A DNA stretch of 64,000 nucleotides from Candidatus Dojkabacteria bacterium (GCA_025999155.1 AP026679.1:17408-81407), one strand, 5' to 3'. Positions 20,708-31,374 are shown, counted from the first letter of the stretch. A program made the numbers and translations. The notes: a model not told the origin generated them from the letters alone.

Positions 20708-22285
20708 TTAATTCTTAAGTACAGGTTCTAAAAGATTACGGCTTAGACTCATAGGAACTGGTATCGGTAGTCCAAGAAGTCGCAGTAATGTCGGAGCAAT
20801 ATCCGATATTGAGCCCATGGGTAGTTCGATGGGTTTAGCTTGTGGGCCGACATATATGAAAGGTACAGGATTTGTAGTATGTTCTGTATGAGGTTTACCT
20901 GTCTCCAAATCTATCATCACATCAGCATTTCCATGATCAGCCGTCACTAATAAAGCTCCACCGACAGCTAGTGTATTTAGTATGATTCTATCTAGGTTTC
21001 TATCTACCGCTTCTATTGCTTTTACTGCCGCATCATAATTTCCTGTATGTCCAACCATATCTGGGCATGCAATATTCATTATGATTACATCATAAATTTG
21101 TAGCCTAATTTTATTTATTAAGACTTGGGTCAATTCGTATGTGCTCATTTCCGGTTTCATGTCGTAAGTCGGCACTTTAGGAGAAGGGACTAAGATTCGA
21201 TCTTCTTTATCAAAAACTAGCTCACGTCCACCATTAAAGAAAAAAGTTACATGCGCAAACTTTTCTGTTTCAGCCAGACGCAATTGTCTCATTCCTGCCT
21301 CTGAAATTACTCTTCCTACGGGTACTTGTACATTTTCCGGTTCAAATACTAAATGCATTTTAGTATTTAGTGCTTTTTCATATTGAGTCATACCTACGTA
21401 AAACAAGTTTTTGAATTTAACTCTTTCAAATTCATTAAAGTTATCATCAATAAGAGCTCGCGAAATCTGTATCGCCCTATCAGCTCTATAATTAAAGAAA
21501 AATAAAGCATCCCCGTCTTGTAATTTTGGATAATTTCCATTTTCATCTACTATCACCGTTGGCTCTACAAATTCATCCGTAATTTCTTTCGAATAAGAGG
21601 TAGAAATGGCTTCATCTACACTGGTAAATTTTTCTCCTATACCATGTACAATAAGGTCATATGCTTTTTTAGTTCGATCCCACTTATTATTTCTATCCAT
21701 TGCAAAGTATCTGCCGATAATTGACACTATTCTGCCTATTCCAAGACGTTGGCATTCTTGGTTCACTTTTTCAAGGAAATTTCTTCCTGCTTTAGGATCA
21801 GTATCGCGCCCATCAGTAAAAGCATGAATAAAAACTCTTTTACCATGAAAGTTGTGCCTTTGAATGAATTGTAATGTAGCGAACAGGTGCTCAAGTGAAG
21901 AGTGTACTTGGCCAGTAGATACACAACCCATGATATGAAAGTTCGAATTGTTTGCTTTACAGTGATCTAAAGCCTTAATTAATGTTGGATTATCATAAAA
22001 AGCTCCGTTAGCTATAGCCATATTAATGCGTGGTAGTGTCTGAAAAACTACCCTACCTGCTCCTAGAGTCAAATGTCCAACTTCACTATTACCAGCCACA
22101 CCATGAGGTAGACCCACAGCAGATCCTGAGGCGTTTAAAAGACAATGGGGAAATGACCTCATTATACGGTCAAAAGCTGGTTTCCGTGCGTTTGCGACAG
22201 CATTACCGGGATGAGGAGGTGCTATACCGAATCCATCAAGGATTAATAAAATAACTGGTTTTGGTCGTCTAGTTAGTAGAGACAT
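20708..22285 (-). CDS. gpmI: 2,3-bisphosphoglycerate-independent phosphoglycerate mutase
   Basis: 525 aa with the N-terminal LLILDGFG motif and metal-binding blocks of iPGM. Confidence 0.9.
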   Translation of the reverse strand: MSLLTRRPKPVILLILDGFGIAPPHPGNAVANARKPAFDRIMRSFPHCLLNASGSAVGLPHGVAGNSEVGHLTLGAGRVVFQTLPRINMAIANGAFYDNPTLIKALDHCKANNSNFHIMGCVSTGQVHSSLEHLFATLQFIQRHNFHGKRVFIHAFTDGRDTDPKAGRNFLEKVNQECQRLGIGRIVSIIGRYFAMDRNNKWDRTKKAYDLIVHGIGEKFTSVDEAISTSYSKEITDEFVEPTVIVDENGNYPKLQDGDALFFFNYRADRAIQISRALIDDNFNEFERVKFKNLFYVGMTQYEKALNTKMHLVFEPENVQVPVGRVISEAGMRQLRLAETEKFAHVTFFFNGGRELVFDKEDRILVPSPKVPTYDMKPEMSTYELTQVLINKIRLQIYDVIIMNIACPDMVGHTGNYDAAVKAIEAVDRNLDRIILNTLAVGGALLVTADHGNADVMIDLETGKPHTEHTTNPVPFIYVGPQAKPIELPMGSISDIAPTLLRLLGLPIPVPMSLSRNLLEPVLKN

Positions 22286-22429
22286 ATGATTTCACGCATT
22301 CAATATAACATATTTAAAATTAATGTGTTCAGTTGAAACAATAAATAATAGGATATAAAAAACACTTCTATAAGATTCATGGTTGATATGGCTGATGTCA
22401 AGTCCCTTTTTAAAACATACAATTTTCAA

Positions 22430-23044
22430 TCATATAATACCGCCGTACATTACAAAATCTTCATCTGTACCAATAATCATCGATCTTGGCAGAACTAATG
22501 CTGAATAGATGATCAGGTCCTTTCTTTTCTTAGCTATTTCAAGTTCTTTTGCTGAAAATATTCTGTAGTGTAATTTTCTTTTCTCAACTTCTTCCGAGTC
22601 TCGTATTATTCTTTCGAGAACAATGCGATTGACTTCGCCTACTACAATAAGATCAGGATTATTTTCTTCTGAATCTTCTCGATTAAGATAGGTATGAGTC
22701 AGTATAGCAAAGATGACATCTCCTAATTCTTTACGGTGCAAAAACACATAATAACCCAAGCCGTATGTTTTGACAAAAATAGATCGTATTTCATTGAACA
22801 ATGGAAAGGACGCATTTAGTGAATAAAATTTTTTGATTCCGTATTGCTGTGAAGTTAGCAATCCTGCTTTTTCCAGGCTGATTAATTCTCGTCTTACTGC
22901 GTTGATTTGTTCTCCTGTAATACGGGAAATTTGGCGCATATGAAAAGAATCTCGAGGATTTGTAAAAAATAGTGAAATCAATTTGACCCTAACTCTTGAA
23001 GTAAATAGTCCTAATACGATTTTTTGTAAATCATTTTTGAGCAT
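22430..23044 (-). CDS. hypothetical protein with N-terminal winged-helix DNA-binding-like domain
   Basis: HTH-like stretch (MRQISRITGEQINAVRRELISLEKAGLL) with no other recognisable motif. Divergent from the glycosyltransferase cluster. Confidence 0.4.
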   Translation of the reverse strand: MLKNDLQKIVLGLFTSRVRVKLISLFFTNPRDSFHMRQISRITGEQINAVRRELISLEKAGLLTSQQYGIKKFYSLNASFPLFNEIRSIFVKTYGLGYYVFLHRKELGDVIFAILTHTYLNREDSEENNPDLIVVGEVNRIVLERIIRDSEEVEKRKLHYRIFSAKELEIAKKRKDLIIYSALVLPRSMIIGTDEDFVMYGGII

Positions 23045-23156
23045 ACGAGTGTATTTTACTATCGATTATGAATAAAATTAAACGAAGTATAATAAGGTTA
23101 TACAATTTCTGTAAAAATTTTTAAAATATGTTGCGGTTATTATTTTTATATACTCT

Positions 23157-24083
23157 TTGCAAATGAAATATTCTCTAATCATTATAGCCTGGAACGAGCC
23201 GCAAACTGTAAGCTCTAACCTCGAAGCTGTCCTAGATCAACAGTACGATAATTTATTACCTGACTTTGAAATTATTCTCGTCTGTCCTGATCAAGAAACC
23301 TATAATGCAGCAAAAGCAGTTATTATGAAATACAGATTTAATAAATTTACATATATCCGCGATCCACGGAAGGGGAAACCGTATGCTTTCAATTTAGCTT
23401 TTGAAAAAGCAAGAGGTGACATCATAATTTGTACCGATGGGGATGTTGTGATCGATAGTGGAGCTTTGAAAAATTTAGTCGAGCTTTTTGCTCGCAATCC
23501 TAAAATCGGTATTGTATCCGGCAGACCCGTGTCAAAGGATGACAAGTCTTCTTTATTTGGATATTGGGGAAATTTGCTTGCGGATGCTGCCCATTGCAAG
23601 AGATTAAAAGAATTTAGTTACAGTAAAAATTATTTTGTGAGCGGTTATCTGTTTGCAATGCGTCGAGAAGCTGACATTAGATTACCAGAAGATATAATGT
23701 CTGACGATGCATGGATTTCGATTAAAATGATTTTAAAGGGATATTTAATAGGTTATGCACCTTCTGCTCGTGTTTATGTAAAATATCCTACTAATTTACG
23801 CGATTGGTTTCGTCAGAAAAGAAGATCTGCAGGTGGCTATGTACAACTGAAAAAGTTTTTTGAAAAGGGTTGTTTGAACACTGTATTACCAAAGCGAAAT
23901 TTCTTTGAGGAATTAAAGTTTTTCTTTTTTCCTTTGTTTTATGCTAAAAATTTAAGACAATTTTTATATTCTTTAGCTTTGTACCCAGTAAGGCTAATTT
24001 TATGGATGATTATTTTTTATGACAAAATCAAAAATAATCAGACGGCAAGTCGGCTATGGATTAGAATAGAGAGTACAAAGTAG
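23157..24083 (+). CDS. family 2 glycosyltransferase
   Basis: N-terminal GT-A region (IIAWNEPQTV...DGDVVID) and C-terminal hydrophobic segments. Confidence 0.7.
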   Translation: MQMKYSLIIIAWNEPQTVSSNLEAVLDQQYDNLLPDFEIILVCPDQETYNAAKAVIMKYRFNKFTYIRDPRKGKPYAFNLAFEKARGDIIICTDGDVVIDSGALKNLVELFARNPKIGIVSGRPVSKDDKSSLFGYWGNLLADAAHCKRLKEFSYSKNYFVSGYLFAMRREADIRLPEDIMSDDAWISIKMILKGYLIGYAPSARVYVKYPTNLRDWFRQKRRSAGGYVQLKKFFEKGCLNTVLPKRNFFEELKFFFFPLFYAKNLRQFLYSLALYPVRLILWMIIFYDKIKNNQTASRLWIRIESTK

Positions 24084-24112
24084 TGTAAACTAATTAAATA
24101 TATACAAATTTT

Positions 24113-25033
24113 ATGCTTGACAGGCAAGAAAAATTTATTCAGAACTTCCCTGAAATTTGTCGGTATTCGTGTTCAAAAAATAATGAAGTTCGAAACTTTA
24201 ATTTATTTAGGGAAGAATATTTTCTTACTATCAAAAACTTTAAAATCAAACTTATCGAATTTGTACTTATAGAATGTCAATACTGTAGATGGAAAAGAAG
24301 ACTTCCTGGCTCATTTGCTCGGAAAGTGTTTAAAAAAGGATTGAAGGCTAGTACTTTAATAGCTTATTCAGCAGATAAAATTTTGTCTAACTATTTTTTA
24401 AATTTGTATGCAAGTTTATGGATGGTTTTTTCATTGGTATTTTTATTTTCAGTCATTTTAGTGATCTATAAGTTTTATACTGAACCAATACTACTAGCTG
24501 ATCCTGAGGAAGTAACTGTGAACGATCTTAAAAATAGTAAATATCTAGGTAAAATTGTCAAATTTAAAGGTTTCGTCAATTATCCTTTGGCCTTTACTTT
24601 AGATCAATTACAGGAGAGGCGTAATGGCAGCGTGAATTTAGTATCCCGAGAGGTGTATTTACCTATTTTTAACGATAAAGATCCAACGCACTATATATTG
24701 CTTAGAGGTGGAAAGGTTGATGTGGATAAAGTACTTTCAAAACAAGGAATAAACGATATAGCCTTATTGGAGAATCAAGAGTACGAAGTGATCGGAAAGG
24801 TCGAAAATATTGCATTATTGACTCATCCAGATTTACGGAAATTTTATCTTGAGGAATTACCTGCAGCAAAGTCACTGACACCAGCAAGCATTTTAGTTGT
24901 ATCAGTAGGCCTTAAAGACTTAGATACCTTTCTTCTTGAAAATATTAATTATTTAGGAATTGTGTTTTGTATTTTTTTTACATCTATGGCCCTACAAATT
25001 TATATTGATAGGAAAATTGCTTATAAGCATTAG
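24113..25033 (+). CDS. hypothetical membrane protein with N-terminal Cys4 zinc-ribbon-like motif
   Basis: CxxxC...CxxC cluster, two TM segments flanking a roughly 150-aa hydrophilic domain. Confidence 0.4.
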   Translation: MLDRQEKFIQNFPEICRYSCSKNNEVRNFNLFREEYFLTIKNFKIKLIEFVLIECQYCRWKRRLPGSFARKVFKKGLKASTLIAYSADKILSNYFLNLYASLWMVFSLVFLFSVILVIYKFYTEPILLADPEEVTVNDLKNSKYLGKIVKFKGFVNYPLAFTLDQLQERRNGSVNLVSREVYLPIFNDKDPTHYILLRGGKVDVDKVLSKQGINDIALLENQEYEVIGKVENIALLTHPDLRKFYLEELPAAKSLTPASILVVSVGLKDLDTFLLENINYLGIVFCIFFTSMALQIYIDRKIAYKH

Positions 25034-25289
25034 CATTATCAAGTTTATATGGATTATGCTTCCCAACAAAAGGTCAGAAGTCTTTTGTGATTGACACTTG
25101 CTCATATTGAAATTAGAGAGAAAGATCATCTTTATGATTTATTTTGTGAATATATTATCATTATGTTGTAGCGGCTGACATGATGGATGGTATCTTGTTG
25201 ATTAGAACTGTCTTTTACTGCTTGTAAGTATAAGAATGAAATGATGTAACCTCCATCATATCAATTGTTTTCGTATTAACAAATTTAAT

Positions 25290-26312
25290 ATGTATCCGAA
25301 AATTTATATTGTGCTATTAAACTATAACGGATGGGTAGATACTATAGAATGTTTAGAAAGTATTTTTAAAATAGATTATCCAAATTATAAAGTGATTGTT
25401 GTAGATAATAATTCTCCAAATGACTCGATTCGCTACATTAAGGCATGGGCGGACGACAAACTCAATGTATGGCGAAGTCCTCAGTCTCCTTTACGACACT
25501 ATTCTTATTTACCTGTACAAAAACCCATTTCCTATAAGCTATACAATAATCTTTTTGAGTTAGAAAATAGACAAGATACGCATCATATAGATTCTAACGA
25601 AGATCCTTTAGTATTGATTCAAACCGGGTCTAACGGGGGTTTTGCATTTGGCAATAATGCAGCTATTAAATATGCATTAAGTGAAAAAGATGTTGATTAT
25701 GTTTTACTTTTAAACAATGACACGGTTGTCGAAAAAGATTTTTTAGCCAAGATGTTACAAACTGCTATATCTAGTCCAAATATAGGAATAACCGGATGCA
25801 AGATTTATTATTATGATTGGCCCGATAAAATATGGTTTAATGGGGCTATTTTTAATGAGTGGACAGGTACGACAATTCATTGTCAAAGTGATATTGATGC
25901 TACTTGGTCACAATCAACTTTTATTACAGGCTGTAGTATGTTAATTCGAAAAGATGTCTTTAGAAAAGTAGGCTTATTAGATGAGAGTTACTTTATGTAT
26001 ATTGAAGATTTAGATTTCAGCTATAGGACTAGGCATGCAGGTTATGACTTGGCTGTAGCTCATACTGCCGAGATATGGCATAAAGTGGGAGCAAGCAGTG
26101 ATGGTGAATTCTCAGTATTTTCTACATATTGGATTCTTAGAAATAGAGTTAGATTTATCTTGAAGCATATGCCTCTTCTTAAGAGGATAACCGCTATCGG
26201 TTTTATAATAAGTACACGTTTTTTTAAATGGACGGAGTATTTTTTTTATGGTAAAACAGATCTAATTTTAGCTCAATTAAAAGGCATCAAAGATGGCATA
26301 TTGATTCGATAA
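25290..26312 (+). CDS. family 2 glycosyltransferase
   Basis: IVLLNYNG...VVDNNSPNDS...DxD-type GT2 core (rhamnosyltransferase-like architecture). Confidence 0.75.
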   Translation: MYPKIYIVLLNYNGWVDTIECLESIFKIDYPNYKVIVVDNNSPNDSIRYIKAWADDKLNVWRSPQSPLRHYSYLPVQKPISYKLYNNLFELENRQDTHHIDSNEDPLVLIQTGSNGGFAFGNNAAIKYALSEKDVDYVLLLNNDTVVEKDFLAKMLQTAISSPNIGITGCKIYYYDWPDKIWFNGAIFNEWTGTTIHCQSDIDATWSQSTFITGCSMLIRKDVFRKVGLLDESYFMYIEDLDFSYRTRHAGYDLAVAHTAEIWHKVGASSDGEFSVFSTYWILRNRVRFILKHMPLLKRITAIGFIISTRFFKWTEYFFYGKTDLILAQLKGIKDGILIR

Positions 26313-26459
26313 GCAGACTTCGTCGCTATTTACAAATGTGAAATCCTCTTATAATTGTTGGATTTAGATGACTTTATATTTATCATTTATTAAATTTACA
26401 TTATTCTTTTTTATGTTTTAGATTTATTACATAAATATTCGTGCCTTAAGTAAGTTTAG

Positions 26460-27704
26460 ATGTCAATTTATCCTAAAAAAATACTTTTCATCACTCCTCA
26501 GCTTCCTTATCCACCCATTAGTGGTGGTACTATTGTTTCTTTCAAAACACTGCAATTACTTGCTTCCAAATATGAAGTGCATTTAGTTAATCTGTTAAAG
26601 AATGATGAGGATGTTCTAAATGAGCCCATTTTAAAAGAAAAATTTCAAGCGAGTTTAGAATCATACAAATCTTTTATTTTGGAAAAAAAATTCTTTGCTA
26701 AAAATCCTATGAATTTACTAAAAAGCTACGTTGTTCGACAGCCTTTCAGTGTTTATCGTAATTCAAATAGGTCTTTGAAAGAATACGTCGAAACAATTAC
26801 AAAAAATTTCTCTATCGATATCATCTTTCTGGATCATTTTTTGACTTTTCAATTTATAGAAGATGTTATTGATACGATCAAGTCAAAGAAAATAAAAATT
26901 TTACTACAAGAACACAATTCAGAGTATTTGATTTTTCAGAGATACGCAGAACAAGAAAAAAACATTCTGAAAAAAGTTTTTGCATACATTGAAGCATACA
27001 GGGTAAGAGAATACGAAAAAAAAATTTCTACATTGGTTGATTATGTATTATGTGTGTCATCTCATGATATCGATAAACTTGTCGATATAGGTATTGATAG
27101 ACACAAGTTAAAACTAGTTACGTTGGTTGGAGACGAGTCTCTATTACATAAAGAAGATTTAGTCTTTGATGATACAGAGGACAGTCTTTTGTTCGTAGGG
27201 ACTCTTTCTTGGGAGCCAAATGTAGATGGTTTAATGTGGTTTATCAAAAATGCATGGGATAAGCTAAAAAATAAGCGAAAAAATCTTAAGTTTTACGTAG
27301 TTGGTAGAAATCCACCAGAACGGCTTATAGAAGTAGTCGCACAACATAAAGATATAGTGTTGACCGGATATGTGGAAGATCTTGAAGAATATTATAGGAA
27401 ATGTAGGGTTTTCGTGTCTCCATTAAGGTTTGGTAGCGGTATAAAAATAAAAAATATAAACGCGTTGTATAGAGGTATTCCTGTTGTGACGACATCTGTT
27501 GGGGTAGAAGGAATAGACGGAGATGATAGCGAACATTTTTTCATAGCGGATGATATAGATACTTTCATGTATAAAATCGAATTGGTGCTAGAAAATAAAG
27601 AAATCTGGCAACGCTTATCTAGAAATGCAAGAGAATTCATGAAAAGAAAACATTCTTTGGATAAAACAGTAAGTGTATTGGATGAAATCATGACCTTGGC
27701 TTAA
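26460..27704 (+). CDS. family 1 (GT4-type) glycosyltransferase
   Basis: GT-B fold hallmarks: N-terminal GGT...; C-terminal E-x7-E-like region (GIPVVTTSVGVEGI). Confidence 0.75.
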   Translation: MSIYPKKILFITPQLPYPPISGGTIVSFKTLQLLASKYEVHLVNLLKNDEDVLNEPILKEKFQASLESYKSFILEKKFFAKNPMNLLKSYVVRQPFSVYRNSNRSLKEYVETITKNFSIDIIFLDHFLTFQFIEDVIDTIKSKKIKILLQEHNSEYLIFQRYAEQEKNILKKVFAYIEAYRVREYEKKISTLVDYVLCVSSHDIDKLVDIGIDRHKLKLVTLVGDESLLHKEDLVFDDTEDSLLFVGTLSWEPNVDGLMWFIKNAWDKLKNKRKNLKFYVVGRNPPERLIEVVAQHKDIVLTGYVEDLEEYYRKCRVFVSPLRFGSGIKIKNINALYRGIPVVTTSVGVEGIDGDDSEHFFIADDIDTFMYKIELVLENKEIWQRLSRNAREFMKRKHSLDKTVSVLDEIMTLA

Positions 27705-27828
27705 GTCGGTTTTGAGATTATGATTGGTATAGATTGGTGTGTTATTACAACATATTTTCAGAATATGTTTGTAAAGACGGAATATTAGGTCGGTATTGAT
27801 TTTTTATTCTGTTGTGGTAGCTTAAGGC

Positions 27829-28197
27829 ATGGCACGAGTAACTCTCAATCCGACGGTGGATTTAGGTTTAACTGATCAAGATACTGATCAAGATTCTGTA
27901 ATTACAAATCCAGATTTGCATGCTCTTAAGGAACTGGACTTAGGTGTTAATTCCGCTAATGGTCTCAAAAACAATGATGCTGACATTCCTGTAAATGCTT
28001 GGTCTAATGTTGCAGGTGTGCCTGTACCTCCAAATGTGATGGGGAGCTTGTCGGATCAACAACGCAGTAACGTGTATACTAATACTCCACACAATGAACT
28101 GCGTGCATCCATTGTTTTCGTCGTTTCGTTGATAGCTTTTCTTATAGCTCTTGGAGTCTTTGTGTTTTTTCTTCTTCAGTACCTTGGTGTATTTTGA
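27829..28197 (+). CDS. hypothetical acidic protein with C-terminal TM anchor
   Basis: ORF with D/N-rich N-terminal region and a single C-terminal hydrophobic helix. No recognisable domain. Confidence 0.35.
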   Translation: MARVTLNPTVDLGLTDQDTDQDSVITNPDLHALKELDLGVNSANGLKNNDADIPVNAWSNVAGVPVPPNVMGSLSDQQRSNVYTNTPHNELRASIVFVVSLIAFLIALGVFVFFLLQYLGVF

Positions 28198-28248
28198 TTC
28201 TTCTATCTAAACACTTTGCCTATTATCTATTATAATTGACCTCAGAAT

Positions 28249-29325
28249 ATGTCACATGCTACACGTTCCATAAATTTTACACAGTCTTATAATGCTGAAT
28301 CTTTTGAGGAAGAAATCGTTTTTACGATTACTAAAGAAGATTTTCAGAAGTATTTTGAAAATGCTCTTCAGGAGATTACAAAACGACTGAAAATTCCTGG
28401 CTTTCGTAAAGGCAAAGCACCAAAAAGTTTTATCTTGTCGAGATATTACCTAGACGTTTTTGATAGAGCTGTCGAGATTGCTGTGAAAACCTATGTGTCG
28501 CGTATCGATAATTTCGATCCAAAGCCTATTAGTCCTTTTATAATTAAAAATGTCAAGCAATCTGATAATGAGAATAATGGAGATATAGAGGTTATGGTTG
28601 CTTACTTGCCAATGCCTTCTGTTATTTTGGGAGATGTTGATAAGTTAGTGGTCGACAGACCAGACATTCGTAAGGCATCGGAGGAAGAAGTGGATAATGA
28701 GTTAAGAAATGTATGGTACGTTTACGCAAAAAAACTTGATGGGAATGTAAAAAAAGAAGATTTTTCTAGGGAAAAGATAGATAAAGAATTCCTGGAAAAT
28801 ACTGGTATTACAAAGGATAATCCTGAAATTAAATCCTACGATGATTTAAGAAATTTGATAGAACAATACATTAATGAAACTTACAAGACAAATTATGAAT
28901 TAGAATACGAAAAAGCCATTGTATCAGAGTTGATTCGTGCATGTACTTATGTCAAACTTGAAGGCCTTGTCAATTATGAAGTGGAACAGAGGATTGAAGA
29001 CTATATATCTAGGTTGAGAAATCTAGGTGTTAATGTACAAAATCACTTACAAGGTTCTGATATAGATATAGGTTCATTACGTGCTGCATGGTGGAAAGAA
29101 ATTGAGGAATCGATGAAATTAGAACTGCTTTTACAAGAATATGTGCGACAGCATAGGGTTGAGGTTTCCAATGAGGATATCGAGACAGAGCTTAATACGA
29201 TGGATAACAACTTGAAGAAAAGGTACAACTTTGATAATGGTAGATTGAGAAGTATCGCTGTATACCGGCTAACTAACCGCAAGGCATATGAACTATTAAT
29301 CAACAGTATTAAGAGTAGATCATGA
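28249..29325 (+). CDS. tig: trigger factor (apparently lacking PPIase domain)
   Basis: N-terminal ribosome-binding signature (PGFRKGKAPKSF) and a C-terminal TF-C-like region. At 358 aa it is about 75 aa shorter than typical TF, and no FKBP-type segment is evident. Confidence 0.8.
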   Translation: MSHATRSINFTQSYNAESFEEEIVFTITKEDFQKYFENALQEITKRLKIPGFRKGKAPKSFILSRYYLDVFDRAVEIAVKTYVSRIDNFDPKPISPFIIKNVKQSDNENNGDIEVMVAYLPMPSVILGDVDKLVVDRPDIRKASEEEVDNELRNVWYVYAKKLDGNVKKEDFSREKIDKEFLENTGITKDNPEIKSYDDLRNLIEQYINETYKTNYELEYEKAIVSELIRACTYVKLEGLVNYEVEQRIEDYISRLRNLGVNVQNHLQGSDIDIGSLRAAWWKEIEESMKLELLLQEYVRQHRVEVSNEDIETELNTMDNNLKKRYNFDNGRLRSIAVYRLTNRKAYELLINSIKSRS

Positions 29326-29555
29326 GAGCTGATTTTATTGCAGTAGTACAAATTATAATTTCTGTATTGCTAATTTTCGCTGTTTTAATGCAGCAAAGAG
29401 GTAGTGGAACCGGATCTTTGCTAGGAGGATCAAGTGTCATTAGCGGGGGCGAGTATTATAGAGCTCGACGTGGTTTAGAAAAATTTTTATTTTATGCGAC
29501 CATCGTATTGGGAAGTTTACTTGTGATCACGAGTTTTTTGTATTTATTGATCTAG
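29322..29555 (+). CDS. secG: preprotein translocase subunit SecG
   Basis: 77 aa, two TM helices, conserved LMQQRGSGTGSLLGGSS region. Confidence 0.75.
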   Translation: MRADFIAVVQIIISVLLIFAVLMQQRGSGTGSLLGGSSVISGGEYYRARRGLEKFLFYATIVLGSLLVITSFLYLLI

Positions 29556-29577
29556 CTCATACAATTTCCTCTTACAC

Positions 29578-31374
29578 ATGAACGTGCGTAATATTTTAAA
29601 GATGCGAAATTACACGATTGTCTTTCTTCTTGTCTGTTACATTGTAGCGTCTTTTGTCTTAGTTAACTATTTTGATCGCATAATATTTTTTGAAACCAAT
29701 AAAGAGAAAAAAAACATAGTTGAAGCTGTACTCAAGCCAAGAACCGATATTCCAACAAATTTAATTCTGAATGTCGATCCCTTTTTGACATCTTCTGATG
29801 ATCCAAAAATTAGGGAGATACGAAAAAAACTGTCTGCCTTAGTATTTTCTTCTTTATTTATTGAGTCCCCGAATGGCGATGTAATTGGCGATTTGGTAGA
29901 TTCTTTTACTTTTAATAATGCTCAGAATCTTGAAATCACATTAAAATCTAATGTTAAGTGGCATGATGGTACAGATTTAAATGCAAAAGATGTTAAATTT
30001 TCTTTTGACGTATTAAGGTCTTTAGGTAACAAGTCATTGTACTCTGCAGCCACAAATGGAGGAAATCTCAGAATTGATATCATTGATGATTATAAATTGA
30101 TAATTAACTTAATGAATGACAAGAGCGATCCCGTAAAAAATTCTTCATACTTGCATACTTTAACTTTCCCAATCTTACCTGCACATCTTCTAGCTGAAAA
30201 TTTTTATAGTAATACCTATGTTAATATCGTGGAAACATCTTTCGGTTCCGCACCTATTGGGACTGGTCCTTTAAGATATTTAAAAAAGAATACTAATGAG
30301 GTCGAGTTAGAAAGTTTTGAGCAATATTTTCGTGGTGATGTATCGTTAAACAAATATATAATACGACTTTATGAAAGTGTTGAAGACATCATGTATGATT
30401 ATAAATTAAAAAATGTTGATCTATTTATACGTGGAGATACCGGTAAAATAGACTCGATATCACAAAGTCTGATAGACGTAGGGTTCAATTTAAGATATGC
30501 AACTATATTGAGTCGTCGGTATGTTTTATATTTCAATATAGGCAACAAAACAGATGATGTGAATTCTTTTATAAAATCGACTTTACTAAGAAGAGGGTTA
30601 TTGAGTCTTATAAATCGAGATAAATTAATAGAAAGATTAGGTGTTGGGCGTCAAATACTAGGTCCTGTGGACCAAAGCTCTAGTTATTTTTATCAGGATA
30701 TATTATCAAAATTTGAGTACAATACAGAAGCATTTATTAGATTAGTTGAGAGCTTAGGATATCGAAAAGAAAATGATGGATTCTACTATAAAGACGGCAA
30801 GCCATTATTTTTAGAGTTGACATATTTAGAAGGGGGAGATAGAGATGTAATAGTAGACTATTTAATAGATGAACTGTCTGTTGTCGGTGTTCGTGTCGAG
30901 GCAGTAAGATTGAGTAGTAAAAAAGATATAGATAAAAAAGGGTCTGCAAAAAATGATTTTCTGGATACTATAAACAATCGTAAGTATCAAGTATTATTAA
31001 CAGTTGTCACCAACTATACTGACTATGATCCTTTTATTGAATGGCATAGCACAAATATTCCTGCACCAGGTTTGAATCTATCTAATTATTCTTCTAAAGT
31101 TCTAGATAAAAACCTTATAGATATTAGAGTTTCAGCTAATGCTGAAGAGAAAAAGCAAGCATTTCTAAACTTTCAAAAAATATTTTTTGAGGAATCACCG
31201 GCCATTTATCTTATCAATCCTGGTATACAAATTTTTTCTTCCAACAAATTATTCGTGCCTCAAGATCTGACTGTTGTCGATGATCATTACATTTATTTCG
31301 ACATACTAAATTGGGTTCAGCAGCTTAGTCAAAATGAAACCAAGAGGATAGAACCCGTTTTATTGGATTGGTAG
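29578..31374 (+). CDS. ABC transporter substrate-binding protein, family 5 (peptide/nickel-type), orphan
   Basis: N-terminal signal/TM and an SBP_bac_5-like block (NVKWHDGTDLNAKDVKFSFD). No adjacent permease or ATPase genes. Confidence 0.7.
   Translation: MNVRNILKMRNYTIVFLLVCYIVASFVLVNYFDRIIFFETNKEKKNIVEAVLKPRTDIPTNLILNVDPFLTSSDDPKIREIRKKLSALVFSSLFIESPNGDVIGDLVDSFTFNNAQNLEITLKSNVKWHDGTDLNAKDVKFSFDVLRSLGNKSLYSAATNGGNLRIDIIDDYKLIINLMNDKSDPVKNSSYLHTLTFPILPAHLLAENFYSNTYVNIVETSFGSAPIGTGPLRYLKKNTNEVELESFEQYFRGDVSLNKYIIRLYESVEDIMYDYKLKNVDLFIRGDTGKIDSISQSLIDVGFNLRYATILSRRYVLYFNIGNKTDDVNSFIKSTLLRRGLLSLINRDKLIERLGVGRQILGPVDQSSSYFYQDILSKFEYNTEAFIRLVESLGYRKENDGFYYKDGKPLFLELTYLEGGDRDVIVDYLIDELSVVGVRVEAVRLSSKKDIDKKGSAKNDFLDTINNRKYQVLLTVVTNYTDYDPFIEWHSTNIPAPGLNLSNYSSKVLDKNLIDIRVSANAEEKKQAFLNFQKIFFEESPAIYLINPGIQIFSSNKLFVPQDLTVVDDHYIYFDILNWVQQLSQNETKRIEPVLLDW

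Noticed and set aside
25034-25289. 256-nt intergenic region as a possible small RNA or leader peptide locus
   Set aside because: It has only weak -35/-10-like hexamers and a 15-codon ORF, with no convincing structure or conservation that I could establish by eye.
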